A stretch of DNA of 64,000 nucleotides, from the NCBI GenBank assembly GCA_964291215.2, contig OZ219791.1:384001-448000 (forward strand), written 5' to 3'. Source of the DNA: Alphaproteobacteria bacterium. Lineage in GTDB: Bacteria > Pseudomonadota > Alphaproteobacteria > MPNO01 > UBA830. A program made the translations under genes and the position numbers. Positions 11,022 through 21,232 of the stretch are shown here, one piece after another. The notes beneath the pieces are model-generated. The model was not told the origin of the DNA. It was given only the letters and a program-made list of their open reading frames with translations, and did not search any database. Every line of letters begins with the position of its first letter. The stretch's first letter is position 1.

Positions 11022-12268
11022 GTAGTCGACCGACATTGTATTGATGGTTTTCGGTGGGTAGTATTTCCGTGTCGGCGTTCGTTGGAATCCGGGCAGTGCC
11101 GATATCCACACGGGTAAGATGCCGAACAGGCAGGCAGCTGCAGCCCCATGCGCAAGTCTGGACAACGGGCATGCCCGCAGGTCTTCGGCGCAATGACAGG
11201 AGCGTGGCCAACTCTCAGGGCAGAAAGCTCTACCGGGTGACCCTTTCGGCACAGGAGCGCCGGGATCTGAAGGCGATCGGGCACCGGGGCCGCCTGGCGC
11301 CGGGCACCGGTCCTGATGCTGAGGGGCGCTTGTCGATGCCGACATTGCGCAAGGGCTGGGCATCGGCACGGCGACGGTCGAGCGTTTGCGCAAGCGCTGC
11401 GTCCTAGAGGGGCTGGACGCCGCCCTCAGCCGCAAGGAGCAGGTGAACCGTCGGCCAAAACGGCTCGACGGGGCGATGGAGGCGAAGCTGATCGCCCTGC
11501 TCGTCCCCGCCCGAGGGCTGTGGACGCTGAAGCTGCTTGCCGGCCGTCTGGTGGAGATCGTCGAGCGCATTTCGGAAGAGACGGTCAGGAAGACGCTAAA
11601 AAAAAGAGATCAAGCCGTGGCTGAAGCAGTACTGGTGCATTCCACCGCACCGGAGCGCACAGTTCGTAGCGGCGATGGAGGATGTGCTTGACACTTATCA
11701 GCGGGACTTTGCCAAGGACGAGGTGCTGGTGTGCATGGATGAGACCAGCCGGCAGCAGACGAAGGAAACCCGCATCCCCCGTCCTCCGGTCAGCCGGAGG
11801 TGGTCGACTATGAATATGAGCGCAACGGCACGGCCAACCTCTTCATGGCCTTTGCGCCCAACGAGAACTGGCGCACGGTGAAAGTCACCGACCGCCGCGG
11901 GACTGGGCGCACTTCATCCGGGAGCTTGCCGATGTTCATTTCCCCGACAGAAAGATCGTGCTGGACAATCTGAACACGCACAGTCGCTGTATGAAGCCTT
12001 CGAGCCCGAGGAGGCGGGTGCGAAAGCGGTTCGAGTTTCGCTATACGCCGAAGCACGGAAGCTGGCTCAACATGGCCGAGATCGGTGCGCTGTCGCGGCA
12101 ATGCCTTCGGCGACGCATTCCCGACCGCGACACCATGCTGCGGGAGACGGCGGCGTGGGTGGAACGGCGCAATGCGGCCGATGTCGCTGTCGACTGGCGT
12201 TTCACGACGAAGGATGCCCGGACGAAACTGAAGTCTCTATATCCATCAATGCAATAATGTCAGAATAC
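11022..12268 (+). mobile_element. Degenerate IS630-family element, copy 1
   Basis: WTLKLLA, ETVRKTLKK slippery A-run, VCMDE, LDNLNTH, YTPKHGSWLNMAE; CTAG at both ends. Confidence 0.9.
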
Positions 12269-12272
12269 TAGT

Positions 12273-12521
12273 TTACTCAAGCGGGCGGGCGGTGTAGTAG
12301 AACAGATTATTACCGTTCGTCCAAAAGATGCCGCCCTCTTCGGAAATTTCCAGCAGATTAGGGCGTTTTCCTGTCACAGAATCGATAATCTCGTGAGGCT
12401 CAAGCGTCCGGCAAAGAAGCATCTTTAGGAGCGCGATCATATCCTGAGGCGAGAGCCGGACTTCTTTGGTCCATTTGTCCTGATCTCTCTCCGAGCAAGT
12501 GACTTCCCAGATTTTTTCCAT
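12273..12521 (-). CDS. Hypothetical protein (82 aa)
   Basis: AT-rich ORF with GGAGAG RBS; no recognisable motif. Confidence 0.5.
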   Translation of the reverse strand: MEKIWEVTCSERDQDKWTKEVRLSPQDMIALLKMLLCRTLEPHEIIDSVTGKRPNLLEISEEGGIFWTNGNNLFYYTARPLE

Positions 12522-12561
12522 TCGTTCTCTCCGTTAGAGTAACAATTCCCAGAAATCCACG

Positions 12562-12792
12562 TTATTCCGTCAGGGCTGCGTCTAACATAGTCTTGGCAAG
12601 ATCGCCGAAATCAGCTCGGTCGATCCTAATCAACATGTATGCCGACCGTTCTCCATTTAAACACCACACTTTAATTTCAACATTGCCATCACGGTTCCCA
12701 ATGTAGACGTTCTGTCGTCCAAAATCTCGACTTAGATGTCCCGATGCGCCCGCTATCCGTACACCGTAAGAGTTAAGGAGCTTGTTTCGCAT
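12562..12792 (-). CDS. Hypothetical protein (76 aa)
   Basis: AT-rich ORF co-oriented with 12273..12521; plausible RBS. Confidence 0.45.
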   Translation of the reverse strand: MRNKLLNSYGVRIAGASGHLSRDFGRQNVYIGNRDGNVEIKVWCLNGERSAYMLIRIDRADFGDLAKTMLDAALTE

Positions 12793-12909
12793 GTGTCTGT
12801 CTTTCTCTGTCCGATATATGAAATCTGGAGGCTGGGACGCCCCGGCCTTCAGGAACAGATCGCGGGGACGGGCGCGGGCCTTCGCCTACCCAAGGCGCCC
12901 GTCCCCGCG

Positions 12910-12980
12910 GGTACTGTAACTTGATATCTGGAAATTTGTCTGAGGTTTGCGCTTTGAGGCGTTTCACTGGGGGGGGGGGG
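12910..12980. mobile_element. Isolated IS256-family terminus
   Basis: GGTACTGTAACTTGATATCTGGAAATTTGTCTGAGGTTTGCGCTTTGAGGCGTTTCACTGG matches the reverse complement of the IS256 end at about 24130-24190. Confidence 0.75.
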
Positions 12981-13358
12981 CGAGACCGGTAGGCATGGCG
13001 TGGCCCCTTTCCGGTTGGAGCCCGCTTGACCGTCACCGTGGCCGCACCAGGCTCAAGTTTACACACAAAGCTCTCGGAACGCACTCCCGGGAGCTTTGTC
13101 ATTCTACCAGACATTCGAGATTTTTTCGACTCACCGCTTGCAACGATGGCGGCGATTTGACTCGTGTGCGCCAGCAAGCAACCATACTCCCTGCAAACTG
13201 ACATGGACTCTCGGCATATGCCGGGGCGCCCGCTGAATAGAACAGCCCTAGACCCGGCGAGGGTAGCTCCCAAGCCCGGCGAATAAGCGGGACCTCATGG
13301 ATTCCCATGTCGGTTTGCCAGCCCGGCACCCGCCGGGCCGGCAAACGGGGAAAATTCC

Positions 13359-13967
13359 ATGAAACGACACACACTGACCGCCGCAATCGCGGCGGCACTC
13401 CTTGCTTTCGTAAATCCAGCATGGGCGGAATGCAGGTACAAGGGCAGCGATATCATGGGCGCAAGCTCGTGCTTCTCTCCTGAGGTGCGGGAGAAGCTGC
13501 GCAATGTGCCGTTCAACATCGTCGATCTGCCCAAGGCCGAAATCACCGGCGTCAAGAAGTCCCTGCGCAACAACGCGGTCGAACACTGGACGATCTCGTT
13601 GAGCGGCAAGGGCGGATGGGTAAGGGTGCAGGTTGCGCACATGGCATTCAGCATACGAACAACATCGCTCTTCTCGAACATCGAGACGCTGCGGGCGGCA
13701 ATCCGCCGGTCGAAGGGCACCACCGGCAACATGCGCAACGAGCGTATGATGAAGACCTACGATCATCGTGCGGGGATGGTCGAGTACGAGTTGAACGATG
13801 GACGGTGGTGCATCGCCGGAGGGGCGCTTTTCGATCCCTACGAGACGAGCCAGGACCACTTCAAGCAACTGTTGCGGTTCAAGGACTGCACCGGCAAGCG
13901 CTCCACCGGCGAGGTGTTCGGATGGCTGAAATCGCTCAAGGCGGTGTCTGCCGGTTACAACCGCTGA
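13359..13967 (+). CDS. Secreted hypothetical protein
   Basis: Sec signal peptide MKRHTLTAAIAAALLAFVNPAWA; four Cys in the mature part. Confidence 0.65.
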   Translation: MKRHTLTAAIAAALLAFVNPAWAECRYKGSDIMGASSCFSPEVREKLRNVPFNIVDLPKAEITGVKKSLRNNAVEHWTISLSGKGGWVRVQVAHMAFSIRTTSLFSNIETLRAAIRRSKGTTGNMRNERMMKTYDHRAGMVEYELNDGRWCIAGGALFDPYETSQDHFKQLLRFKDCTGKRSTGEVFGWLKSLKAVSAGYNR

Positions 13968-14013
13968 TCTCGGAAGGAGCACACGCGATGAACAAGCCAA
14001 CACCACACGTAAC

Positions 14014-16685
14014 TAGTGTCATGTAATTCGTTAAATGGTATCTACTCACCCCTAGTTGGGTTCTGATTGGTCGTGGTGCTCGTTGATGATGTCTGCGGCT
14101 TTTCCGTCGAGGGCGATCTGGGTGGCAACGTGATGATTGTAGCCGAGTGCGGCCATGGAGGTGAGGTAGCTTGAGCCCCGGCACCATGCTTTTGCGTGGA
14201 GCGGAAGCATCCGGACACCTTGAGCTTGACCTTTGCCATCCTGATTTTCTGTTCTCCGGCATTGTTGGTGAAGCTGACGTCGGGGTTGTCTATGAAGCGC
14301 AGGTTTTCGTGTTTCACGAGACGTTCGTGCAGGTTGTGCGCGTCGGACTTGCGTCCACGTTTTCCTTTCGGCGGGATGTCGGGCAGTTCCCTGGCGCCCT
14401 GATGGTGCGGTAGCGCTTGCGCACGGCCCGGCGTCGTTCAGGGTCTTGGATGCGCTCTTGTTGATCTTGTGGCAGACCTCGCGGAGCAGGCTCTTCATCA
14501 GTCGCGCCCAGCGGTAGCCTCGACGACAAAGGTCAGTTCGCGCAGCAGGTGGCTGCCGCACAGCTGGTGGCTACACTGGCCCATGTACGAGGCCCAGGAC
14601 GCCCTTGTAGCACGGGCCGATCTCTTGCCCGCGCTTGCGGTGCGGGAACTTGCACGTCAGGGTCCCACGACATGAAGCCACTTACTGTTGATCCGAAATC
14701 GTCGACATCGGGCGTTGCAGGAGGTGCGCCACGGCGGCCTCCTCCCATGACGCATCGTGAAAGCATAGCTGAGGCCTCGGAGAGCTTGATGCCGGAGATC
14801 GCCTGCACGAGCGCGACGGCGCAGGGACAGCATCTGGGCGACCAGCAGGTTGATAACGAGGGCCTGGATGCCGATGCCGTACTGCACGGAATGTTGTCGG
14901 GGAACCGGCCCTTGGTCCGGGCCTTGCACTTCGGGCATTCCTCGGCGCGGCGCTCGACGACCTCGAACACGATGTCGTGCGGCGCTCCCGATCGACGGGG
15001 CCGTCGATGTCAGCGCCGCAGGCGTCGCAGGCCGCGACCGTCTCCTCGACGATGATCTTGCGCAGGTTGTCGCCCATCTGCCGGTTCGGTTTCGGGCCCT
15101 TGCCGTTGCTCCCGGCACGCTCTCGTCCTTGTCCGTCTGTGACGGCGGCAGACCGGAGTTCCGGCTCGTGCGTGGTCTTCTCCAGAAGGACGACGATGAG
15201 GATGTCGAGCAGGATGACGAGGACGCGGATCACGGCCTCTTCCGCCACCTTGCCGGCCGCACGCAGCGCCGCGGTCTTGGCCGCTTCGAACTCCTCGCGC
15301 GCCGCCCGTCGCCATCACCCGGCCTTGCGCTTCATCAGCGCGCCGCTTCCGAGATGCGTTTCCACATACAGATCATGCGGGGGCTGGAGCCCCGGAAGCA
15401 GCTGGCACAGCCCGCTCGTCGCCTTCGATCCAAAGTAGCCCACTGGCGGTCCCCATCGTTCTCGATTACCACCACTAAGCGAATCGGCATGCAGTGTCAA
15501 ATCTCCACGAAAACCCGTTCGTTGCTCTACCCCGACATCAAGCCGGAACCAGGGGGTGAGCAGTTACCGTTAAATGTCGGATAAAGGCGTTTGAGTTTCA
15601 CGCGGGCATCGTCGGTGGTGAACTGCCAATCCACCTTGGCCTGAATGCGGTCGCCTGCCAGGCGGCGACTTCCCGGCGTAGCACCTCGGTCGATGCGGCG
15701 GTTCAGGCACTGGCGGATCATGACGTTGAGTTCCACCACGTTCAGCCAACTGCCGTGCTTGGGGATGTAGACGAACTCGAATCGGTCCCACAAGGCCTCG
15801 TCCGGCGGGTAGGCCTCATAGAAGGCACCGGGGAGTGTTGCGATTGTCCATCACCAAGGTGATGGTGGTGGCGTCCTGGTAGCGCCCGGCGATGTCGGCC
15901 AGGAACTGCGCCCAGTCGATCTTGCGCTCGATCACCTTGGTCATGCGCTTGCCGGCCAGGGGTTCCGTGGCCATGAAGACGTTGCAGGTGCCACAACATC
16001 GATACTCGTAGTCGTTACGCCCGTCCCGGCGCCATGGCGATCGGTTGCCGTGTCTCGCCGATCAGGGGGCGTTTCGTCCATGCAGACCACGGGAAAGGCG
16101 GCATCATAGGGGCGGCGATAGACATCGAGCACCTTCGCTGCGGCGAAGTTGGCGTTCCCTTGAGGAGGAATCACCCACCCGCCGCCATGGCTTGAGGCAG
16201 TTTTTTCAGAACACGCCGCACCGTCTCGTGTGACACGGCGTAATCAGGCTCGACAACGCGGTCGGCCAGCAGCCGCAACGACCATTGCGCGTAACCCTCG
16301 GGCGGTTCACCACAACTCAGGGCCACCAAGCGCGCCTCGAAGGTGCCGTCGGCTTTTCGCATGTAGGTAGGACGACGTCCTTGCCGGCCACCCAATGCCG
16401 CCTCCAACCCCTCGAAACGCTTTTTCACCCGGTCTACTTTGTGCATGCTGATGCGCAGAATCTCGGCAATGACCTTCCCGGTCATCTGGCATTCATTGAA
16501 CGCGCCCTCGTCGCAGTTAAGCAGGGCGTTGATTACCTTTTGCGACAGGTGCGAGCCCTTGATCTCCGAAAGTTCTGCCCGTTCGTCCAGGGTCACCACG
16601 TAGCGTTTCATACTCCGACCTCCATCCCGAATGGACGGACAGTCTAGCACCAAATGTACGACATATCATTGCTGACATAACACTA
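14014..16685 (-). mobile_element. Degenerate IS630-family element (second type), with an IS66 nested in its terminus
   Basis: TIRs TAGTGTCATGT / ACATAACACTA; MKRYVVTL, QWSLRLLADR, VCMDE, YIPKHGSWLNVVE; coding part at 15570-16612. Confidence 0.8.
14038..15567 (-). mobile_element. Degenerate IS66-family element (uninterrupted reference copy)
   Basis: Termini GTATCTACTCACCCC and GGGGTGAGCAGTTAC; duplication CGTTAAATG at 14029-14037 and 15568-15576; PDVSFTNNAGEQKIRMAKVK and HQLCGSHLLREL motifs. Confidence 0.9.
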
Positions 16686-16703
16686 TTTAAGGAAGATATT
16701 TTC

Positions 16704-17456
16704 ATGATCATAAATAATAATAATGCAGCTTGGTATATAGGATGGGATGTCGGTGGTTGGAACTGCTGCAAGAATAAGAAAATTCGCGATGCCATAGTTA
16801 TTCTCGACGCCAAACACAAGATCGTCGGTACTCCCTGGCGCGGCAACCTGCGCGAGTGCATAAACAGTTGTTCGACGAGCATCGAGTGGATCGCTGCTCT
16901 GTTCAAATTGTGTAGAAGCAGGGTATCTCCAGAATCCGGTCCAGTGACCCTCGTCATTGACACCCCTTTGGGTCTCTCCGAAGCCTTTATCCAGCTGATA
17001 ACCCAAAGTAAGGCGGCAGCCTCCATCGGGGCATCCAAGACCAATCCCTATCTGTTTCGCCGCACTGAGCGTTATCTACTTGAGCAAGGCCTCAGACCAC
17101 TTTCGGCCATTAAGGACATGATCGGTTCCCAGGCCACGAAGGGGATGCACATCCTTGCGCGTTTTTCGCTGAAGATAGTGGAGCGCGGCGTCTGGAGTGA
17201 TGGCAGGAATCTAACCGCCATAGAGGCCTATCCTTCGGCCTGCAAATGCTCAGAAACCATTCAGAAACGGCGCCAGCGCTACTCTGCGCTCAGTCATCAA
17301 GATTGCGAGGATTCTCTGACCTGTGCATTAATCGCCAGTCTATTTGCGGAAAAGCGGGGTGCTCTTATTCCGCCTGAGGCTGACGTTTCCCCCAGTGAGG
17401 GCTGGATATGGATACCTAGAGATGCTTTTATTCAAGATGCATTGCCCTCAAACTGA
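16704..17456 (+). CDS. DUF429-family predicted nuclease (RNase H-like fold)
   Basis: YIGWDVGGW, IDTPLG, IEAYPS, DSLTCALIA, EGWIWIP; AT-rich and intact. Confidence 0.75.
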   Translation: MIINNNNAAWYIGWDVGGWNCCKNKKIRDAIVILDAKHKIVGTPWRGNLRECINSCSTSIEWIAALFKLCRSRVSPESGPVTLVIDTPLGLSEAFIQLITQSKAAASIGASKTNPYLFRRTERYLLEQGLRPLSAIKDMIGSQATKGMHILARFSLKIVERGVWSDGRNLTAIEAYPSACKCSETIQKRRQRYSALSHQDCEDSLTCALIASLFAEKRGALIPPEADVSPSEGWIWIPRDAFIQDALPSN

Positions 17457-17461
17457 ACCTA

Positions 17462-18472
17462 GTAAGTTTACATTATTGCATTGATGGATATAGAGACTTC
17501 AGTTTCGTCCGGGCATCCTTCGTCGTGAAACGCCAGTCGACAGCGACATCGGCCGCATTGCGCCGTTCCACCCACGCCGCCGTCTCCCGCAGCATGGTGT
17601 CGCGGTCGGGAATGCGTCGCCGAAGGCATTGCCGCGACAGCGCACCGATCTCGGCCATGTTGAGCCAGCTTCCGTGCTTCGGCGTATAGCGAAACTCGAA
17701 CCGCTTTCGCACCCGCCTCCTCGGGCTCGAAGGCTTCATACAGCGACTGTGCGTGTTCAGATTGTCCAGCACGATCTTTCTGTCGGGGAAATGAACATCG
17801 GCAAGCTCCCGGATGAAGTGCGCCCAGTCCCGCGGCGGTCGGTGACTTTCACCGTGCGCCAGTTCTCGTTGGGCGCAAAGGCCATGAAGAGGTTGGCCGT
17901 GCCGTTGCGCTCATATTCATAGTCGACCACCTCCGGCTGACCGGAGGACGGGGGATGCGGGTTTCCTTCGTCTGCTGCCGGCTGGTCTCATCCATGCACA
18001 CCAGCACCTCGTCCTTGGCAAAGTCCCGCTGATAAGTGTCAAGCACATCCTCCATCGCCGCTACGAACTGTGCGCTCCGGTGCGGTGGAATGCACCAGTA
18101 CTGCTTCAGCCACGGCTTGATCTCTTTTTTTTAGCGTCTTCCTGACCGTCTCTTCCGAAATGCGCTCGACGATCTCCACCAGACGGCCGGCAAGCAGCTT
18201 CAGCGTCCACAGCCCTCGGGCGGGGACGAGCAGGGCGATCAGCTTCGCCTCCATCGCCCCGTCGAGCCGTTTTGGCCGACGGTTCACCTGCTCCTTGCGG
18301 CTGAGGGCGGCGTCCAGCCCCTCTAGAACGCAGCGCTTGCGCAAGCGTTCGACCGTCGCCGTGCCGATGCCCAGCCCTTGCGCAATGTCGGCATCGACAA
18401 GCGCCCCTCAGCATCAGGACCTGTGCCCGGCGCTAGGCAGCCCCGGTGCCCGATCGCCTTCAGATCTCGGCG
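17462..18472 (-). mobile_element. Degenerate IS630-family element, copy 2 (inverted near-identical duplicate of about 11255-12260)
   Basis: ORFs 17473..17772, 17849..18055 and 18039..18344 are identical in translation to 11958..12257, 11675..11881 and 11386..11691. Confidence 0.92.
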
Positions 18473-18474
18473 CC

Positions 18475-20383
18475 AACTCCGGTCTTCCGCCGTCGCAGAC
18501 GGACAAGGACGAGCGGCGCAAGGGCGCCAGCGGCAAGGGCCCGAAGCCGAACTTGCAGACGGGCGACAACTTCCGGAAGACCGTCGTCGAGGAAACGGTC
18601 GCCGTCGAGGTCTGTGACGCCTGCGGCGCCGACCTCGATGGTGTCGACCCCGTCGACCGGGGGCGTCGCACGACATCGTCTTCGAGGTCATCGAGCGTCG
18701 CGTCGACGCCGAGGTCAAGGAATGACCGGATTGCCGGACCGGGGGCGGTTTCCCGAGACCATGCTCGGGCCGCTGCAATACGGCGTCGGTCTGCAGGCCT
18801 TCGTCATCAGCCTGCTGGTCGCCCAAATGCTGTCCCTGCGCCGGGCCGTCGCGCTAGTGCAGGCGATCTCCGGGCTCAGGCTCTCTGAGGCCGCCTGCCT
18901 CGGCTACGTCAGGCGCCTGCATGACGCGCTGCACTCCAGGCCGCCATCGCCGAGCTGCTGGGAACGTCCGGCCCTGCCTGTCGACGAAACCGACTTCCGG
19001 GTCGACGGCAGGGCCCAATCGCTCCATTTCGTCACCGAGTTACGGTAGGAATGCGCATTACTGCGCACCCCCCGCACAGATTCGGACATGGACGTTAATC
19101 CATCCGCCCTCGGGTGCTTGACGGCAAACCGCTGGTCCGGCCATGGGTGGCGGATTGTTGCGCGCGGCCAAAGAATCTCGGTCATGCGCTCCAGTCGCTT
19201 CCAGTCGGACCTCTGCGGCTTTCCGTATCCGGTCCGCCGCCTGTGGCACCCGACACTGCGTTCGGCGCGTGCTTTGGTGTCCCGAATTCCCCTTGGTCGA
19301 GGCCCTTTCCTCCGCCAACTCCGCAGAAGCTCCCTTGTTCGCCGCCTTCACAGGGCCCCTTCTTCAAACCGTTCGTCACAGGCTTCGGCTTTCTCCTTCC
19401 CTGCACGGTCCCGACAGGCGGGACAGCTTGAAGATCTCCCAAGGTCCCGACAGAAGACGTACGGACGGGTTCTCTGACACCGCGGGGCGCGCCGGCATCT
19501 CACCAAATCGATGCCTGCGATGTTGCCTTCGGCCGATCCGAAAGCCTCGGCACCCCGAATCATCGTCTTTTCGGTGCTCATCAGCCCCGCTACCGACGCT
19601 TCGCCTGCCCCCTCACGGGAACCGACGCACGGCTCGCGGAGAAACGTGGTTTGGTTACTCCTTCGTTCCGGGGGACTTCCACCCCTGCCTTCTGCCAGTT
19701 CGCCTGGCACACCGGATCCCTGACGTGCAAGTTCCTGCATCGCAGGCGCGGCAGGCAGGCGATCGAGGAGATCGGCATCAGCTACACCGGCACGCTGGCC
19801 CACGACTGCCGGGCCGCATGGCTGGCCTGCGATCCATGCACCCGCCAGTTGTGCGGGTCCTGCCTGCTCAGGGAACTGACCTTCATCGTCAAGGCTACCG
19901 CCGGGCACGCGTGATGAAGAAACTGCTGCCTGCCACAGGGTTGACAAGAGCGCATCCAGGACCCTGAACGAGGCCGGGCGCAAGCGCTACCGGACCATCC
20001 TGACCCGGGGGGCGAAGGAACTGCCTGAAATCCCGCCCCGACAGAAAGGAAAACGCGGACCGATCGCGAACGCGCACAACCTCCAGGAGCGTCTCGCAAG
20101 GCATGAAGAGTCCGTCCTGCGCTTCATGAGCGACCCGGACGTCAGCTTCACCAACAACACCGGCGAGCAGAAAATCCGGATGGCAAAGGTCAGAGTGTCC
20201 GGATGCTTCCGAACCCGGCTCCACGTCGAGGCCTGGTGCCGAAGCTCAAGCTATCTCACCTCCATGGCTGCACTCGGCTACAGCCCGCTCGTCGCCATCC
20301 GGATCGCACTCGCCGGAAACGCCGCCGACATGATCAAAATGCACAACGCCAAACCCGCCTCTACGGAGGGGTTGAACAGATAC
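18475..20383 (+). mobile_element. Degenerate IS66-family element (5'-truncated) interrupted by a group II intron
   Basis: VDETDFRVDG, QLCGSCLLREL, SDPDVSFTNNTGEQKIRMAKV; right end GTTGAACAGATAC. Confidence 0.85.
19039..19712 (-). mobile_element. Group II intron with its RT ORF almost entirely deleted (674 nt)
   Basis: Minus-strand 5' end GTGTGCCAGGCG; DV/DVI-like 3' end GTCCGAATCTGTGCGGGGGGTGCGCAGTAATGCGCATTCCTACCGTAAC; removal restores the IS66 frame GTC ACC GAC GGA TCC CTG ACG (VTDGSLT); IEP tail IRHPWPDQRFAVKHPR remains. Confidence 0.85.
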
Positions 20384-20515
20384 GAATGGGGAATAGCTCC
20401 GACGGGCTTGCGGCACATGATCGATGGCGCGGCGTGGCCGGACCGGGCGGCTTCCGAGATTTCTTGTGCCGCAGTCAACGCCGCTCCGACAAGACCCCGG
20501 GGACCGCCACGGGGC

Positions 20516-21232
20516 TCACGGCTCCCTGCTGCCCCGGAAGCCCGTCGCAACGATATATGTCTCGGGGCTCTCGACGCGCGAAGCCTTCGGCTTCACAGTC
20601 CTGACCTTGCCGAACGCGCTGTTGATGGCCTGCATCAGTTCGCCGTGCGCGCCGCCGGCGAACGCCTTGAGAACGAGGCTGCCGCCCGGCGCCAGCACCT
20701 CCGACGCGAATGCCAGGGCCGCTTCGCCGAGCGCCATCGTTCGAAGATGATCGGTCCTCCGATGCCCGGTTAACGGAGCCGCCATGTCGCTCAGCACGAC
20801 ATAGGCGGAGCCGCCAAGCGCCGACCTCGTCATCTCCGCCACTCCGTCGTCCCGGATATCGGCCGCGAGTACCGTCGCTCCCGCAATCGGTTCGACCGGG
20901 TGAATGTCGACGGCCACCACGCGGCCCTTGCCGGCCGCCGTTTCGGCGCGGTCGACGGCTATCTGGGTCCAGCTTCCGGGTGCGGCACCGAGATCGACGA
21001 TCCTTGCGCCGCCATGGAGGAGACTGAAGCGTTCGTCGATTTCCATGAGCTTGAATGCCGCCCGCGATCTCAGCCCGAGACGCTTTGCCTCCTGGACGAA
21101 GGGGTCATTCAACTGCCGGCTCAGCCATCGCGTCGATGACGCCTTGCGGCCGCGGGCCGTCTTCACGCGGACACGGAGATTCCGCCCGCGCGGCTGAGCC
21201 GCGTTTCCGCCCGAACCGGATTTACGTGGCAC
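20516..21232 (-). CDS. rlmE: 23S rRNA Um2552 methyltransferase
   Basis: SSTRWLSRQLNDPFV, RSRAAFKL, DLGAAPGSW, VLSDMA, KPKASR..S.E.Y; GTG start with GGAGA RBS. Confidence 0.95.
   Translation of the reverse strand: MPRKSGSGGNAAQPRGRNLRVRVKTARGRKASSTRWLSRQLNDPFVQEAKRLGLRSRAAFKLMEIDERFSLLHGGARIVDLGAAPGSWTQIAVDRAETAAGKGRVVAVDIHPVEPIAGATVLAADIRDDGVAEMTRSALGGSAYVVLSDMAAPLTGHRRTDHLRTMALGEAALAFASEVLAPGGSLVLKAFAGGAHGELMQAINSAFGKVRTVKPKASRVESPETYIVATGFRGSREP

Noticed and set aside
12969-12980. Poly-G tract as a phase-variation switch
   Set aside because: It lies in an orphan IS256 terminus, where the other copy has a GGGGGGCTAGCCCCC hairpin, and not in a gene or promoter; likely decay or sequencing error.
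20384-20396. GAATGGGGAATAG as a possible attR duplicate of the guaA 3' end (GAGTGGGAGTGA)
   Set aside because: Short and mismatched, directly abuts an IS66 end, and no integrase lies next to guaA; cannot be distinguished from chance.
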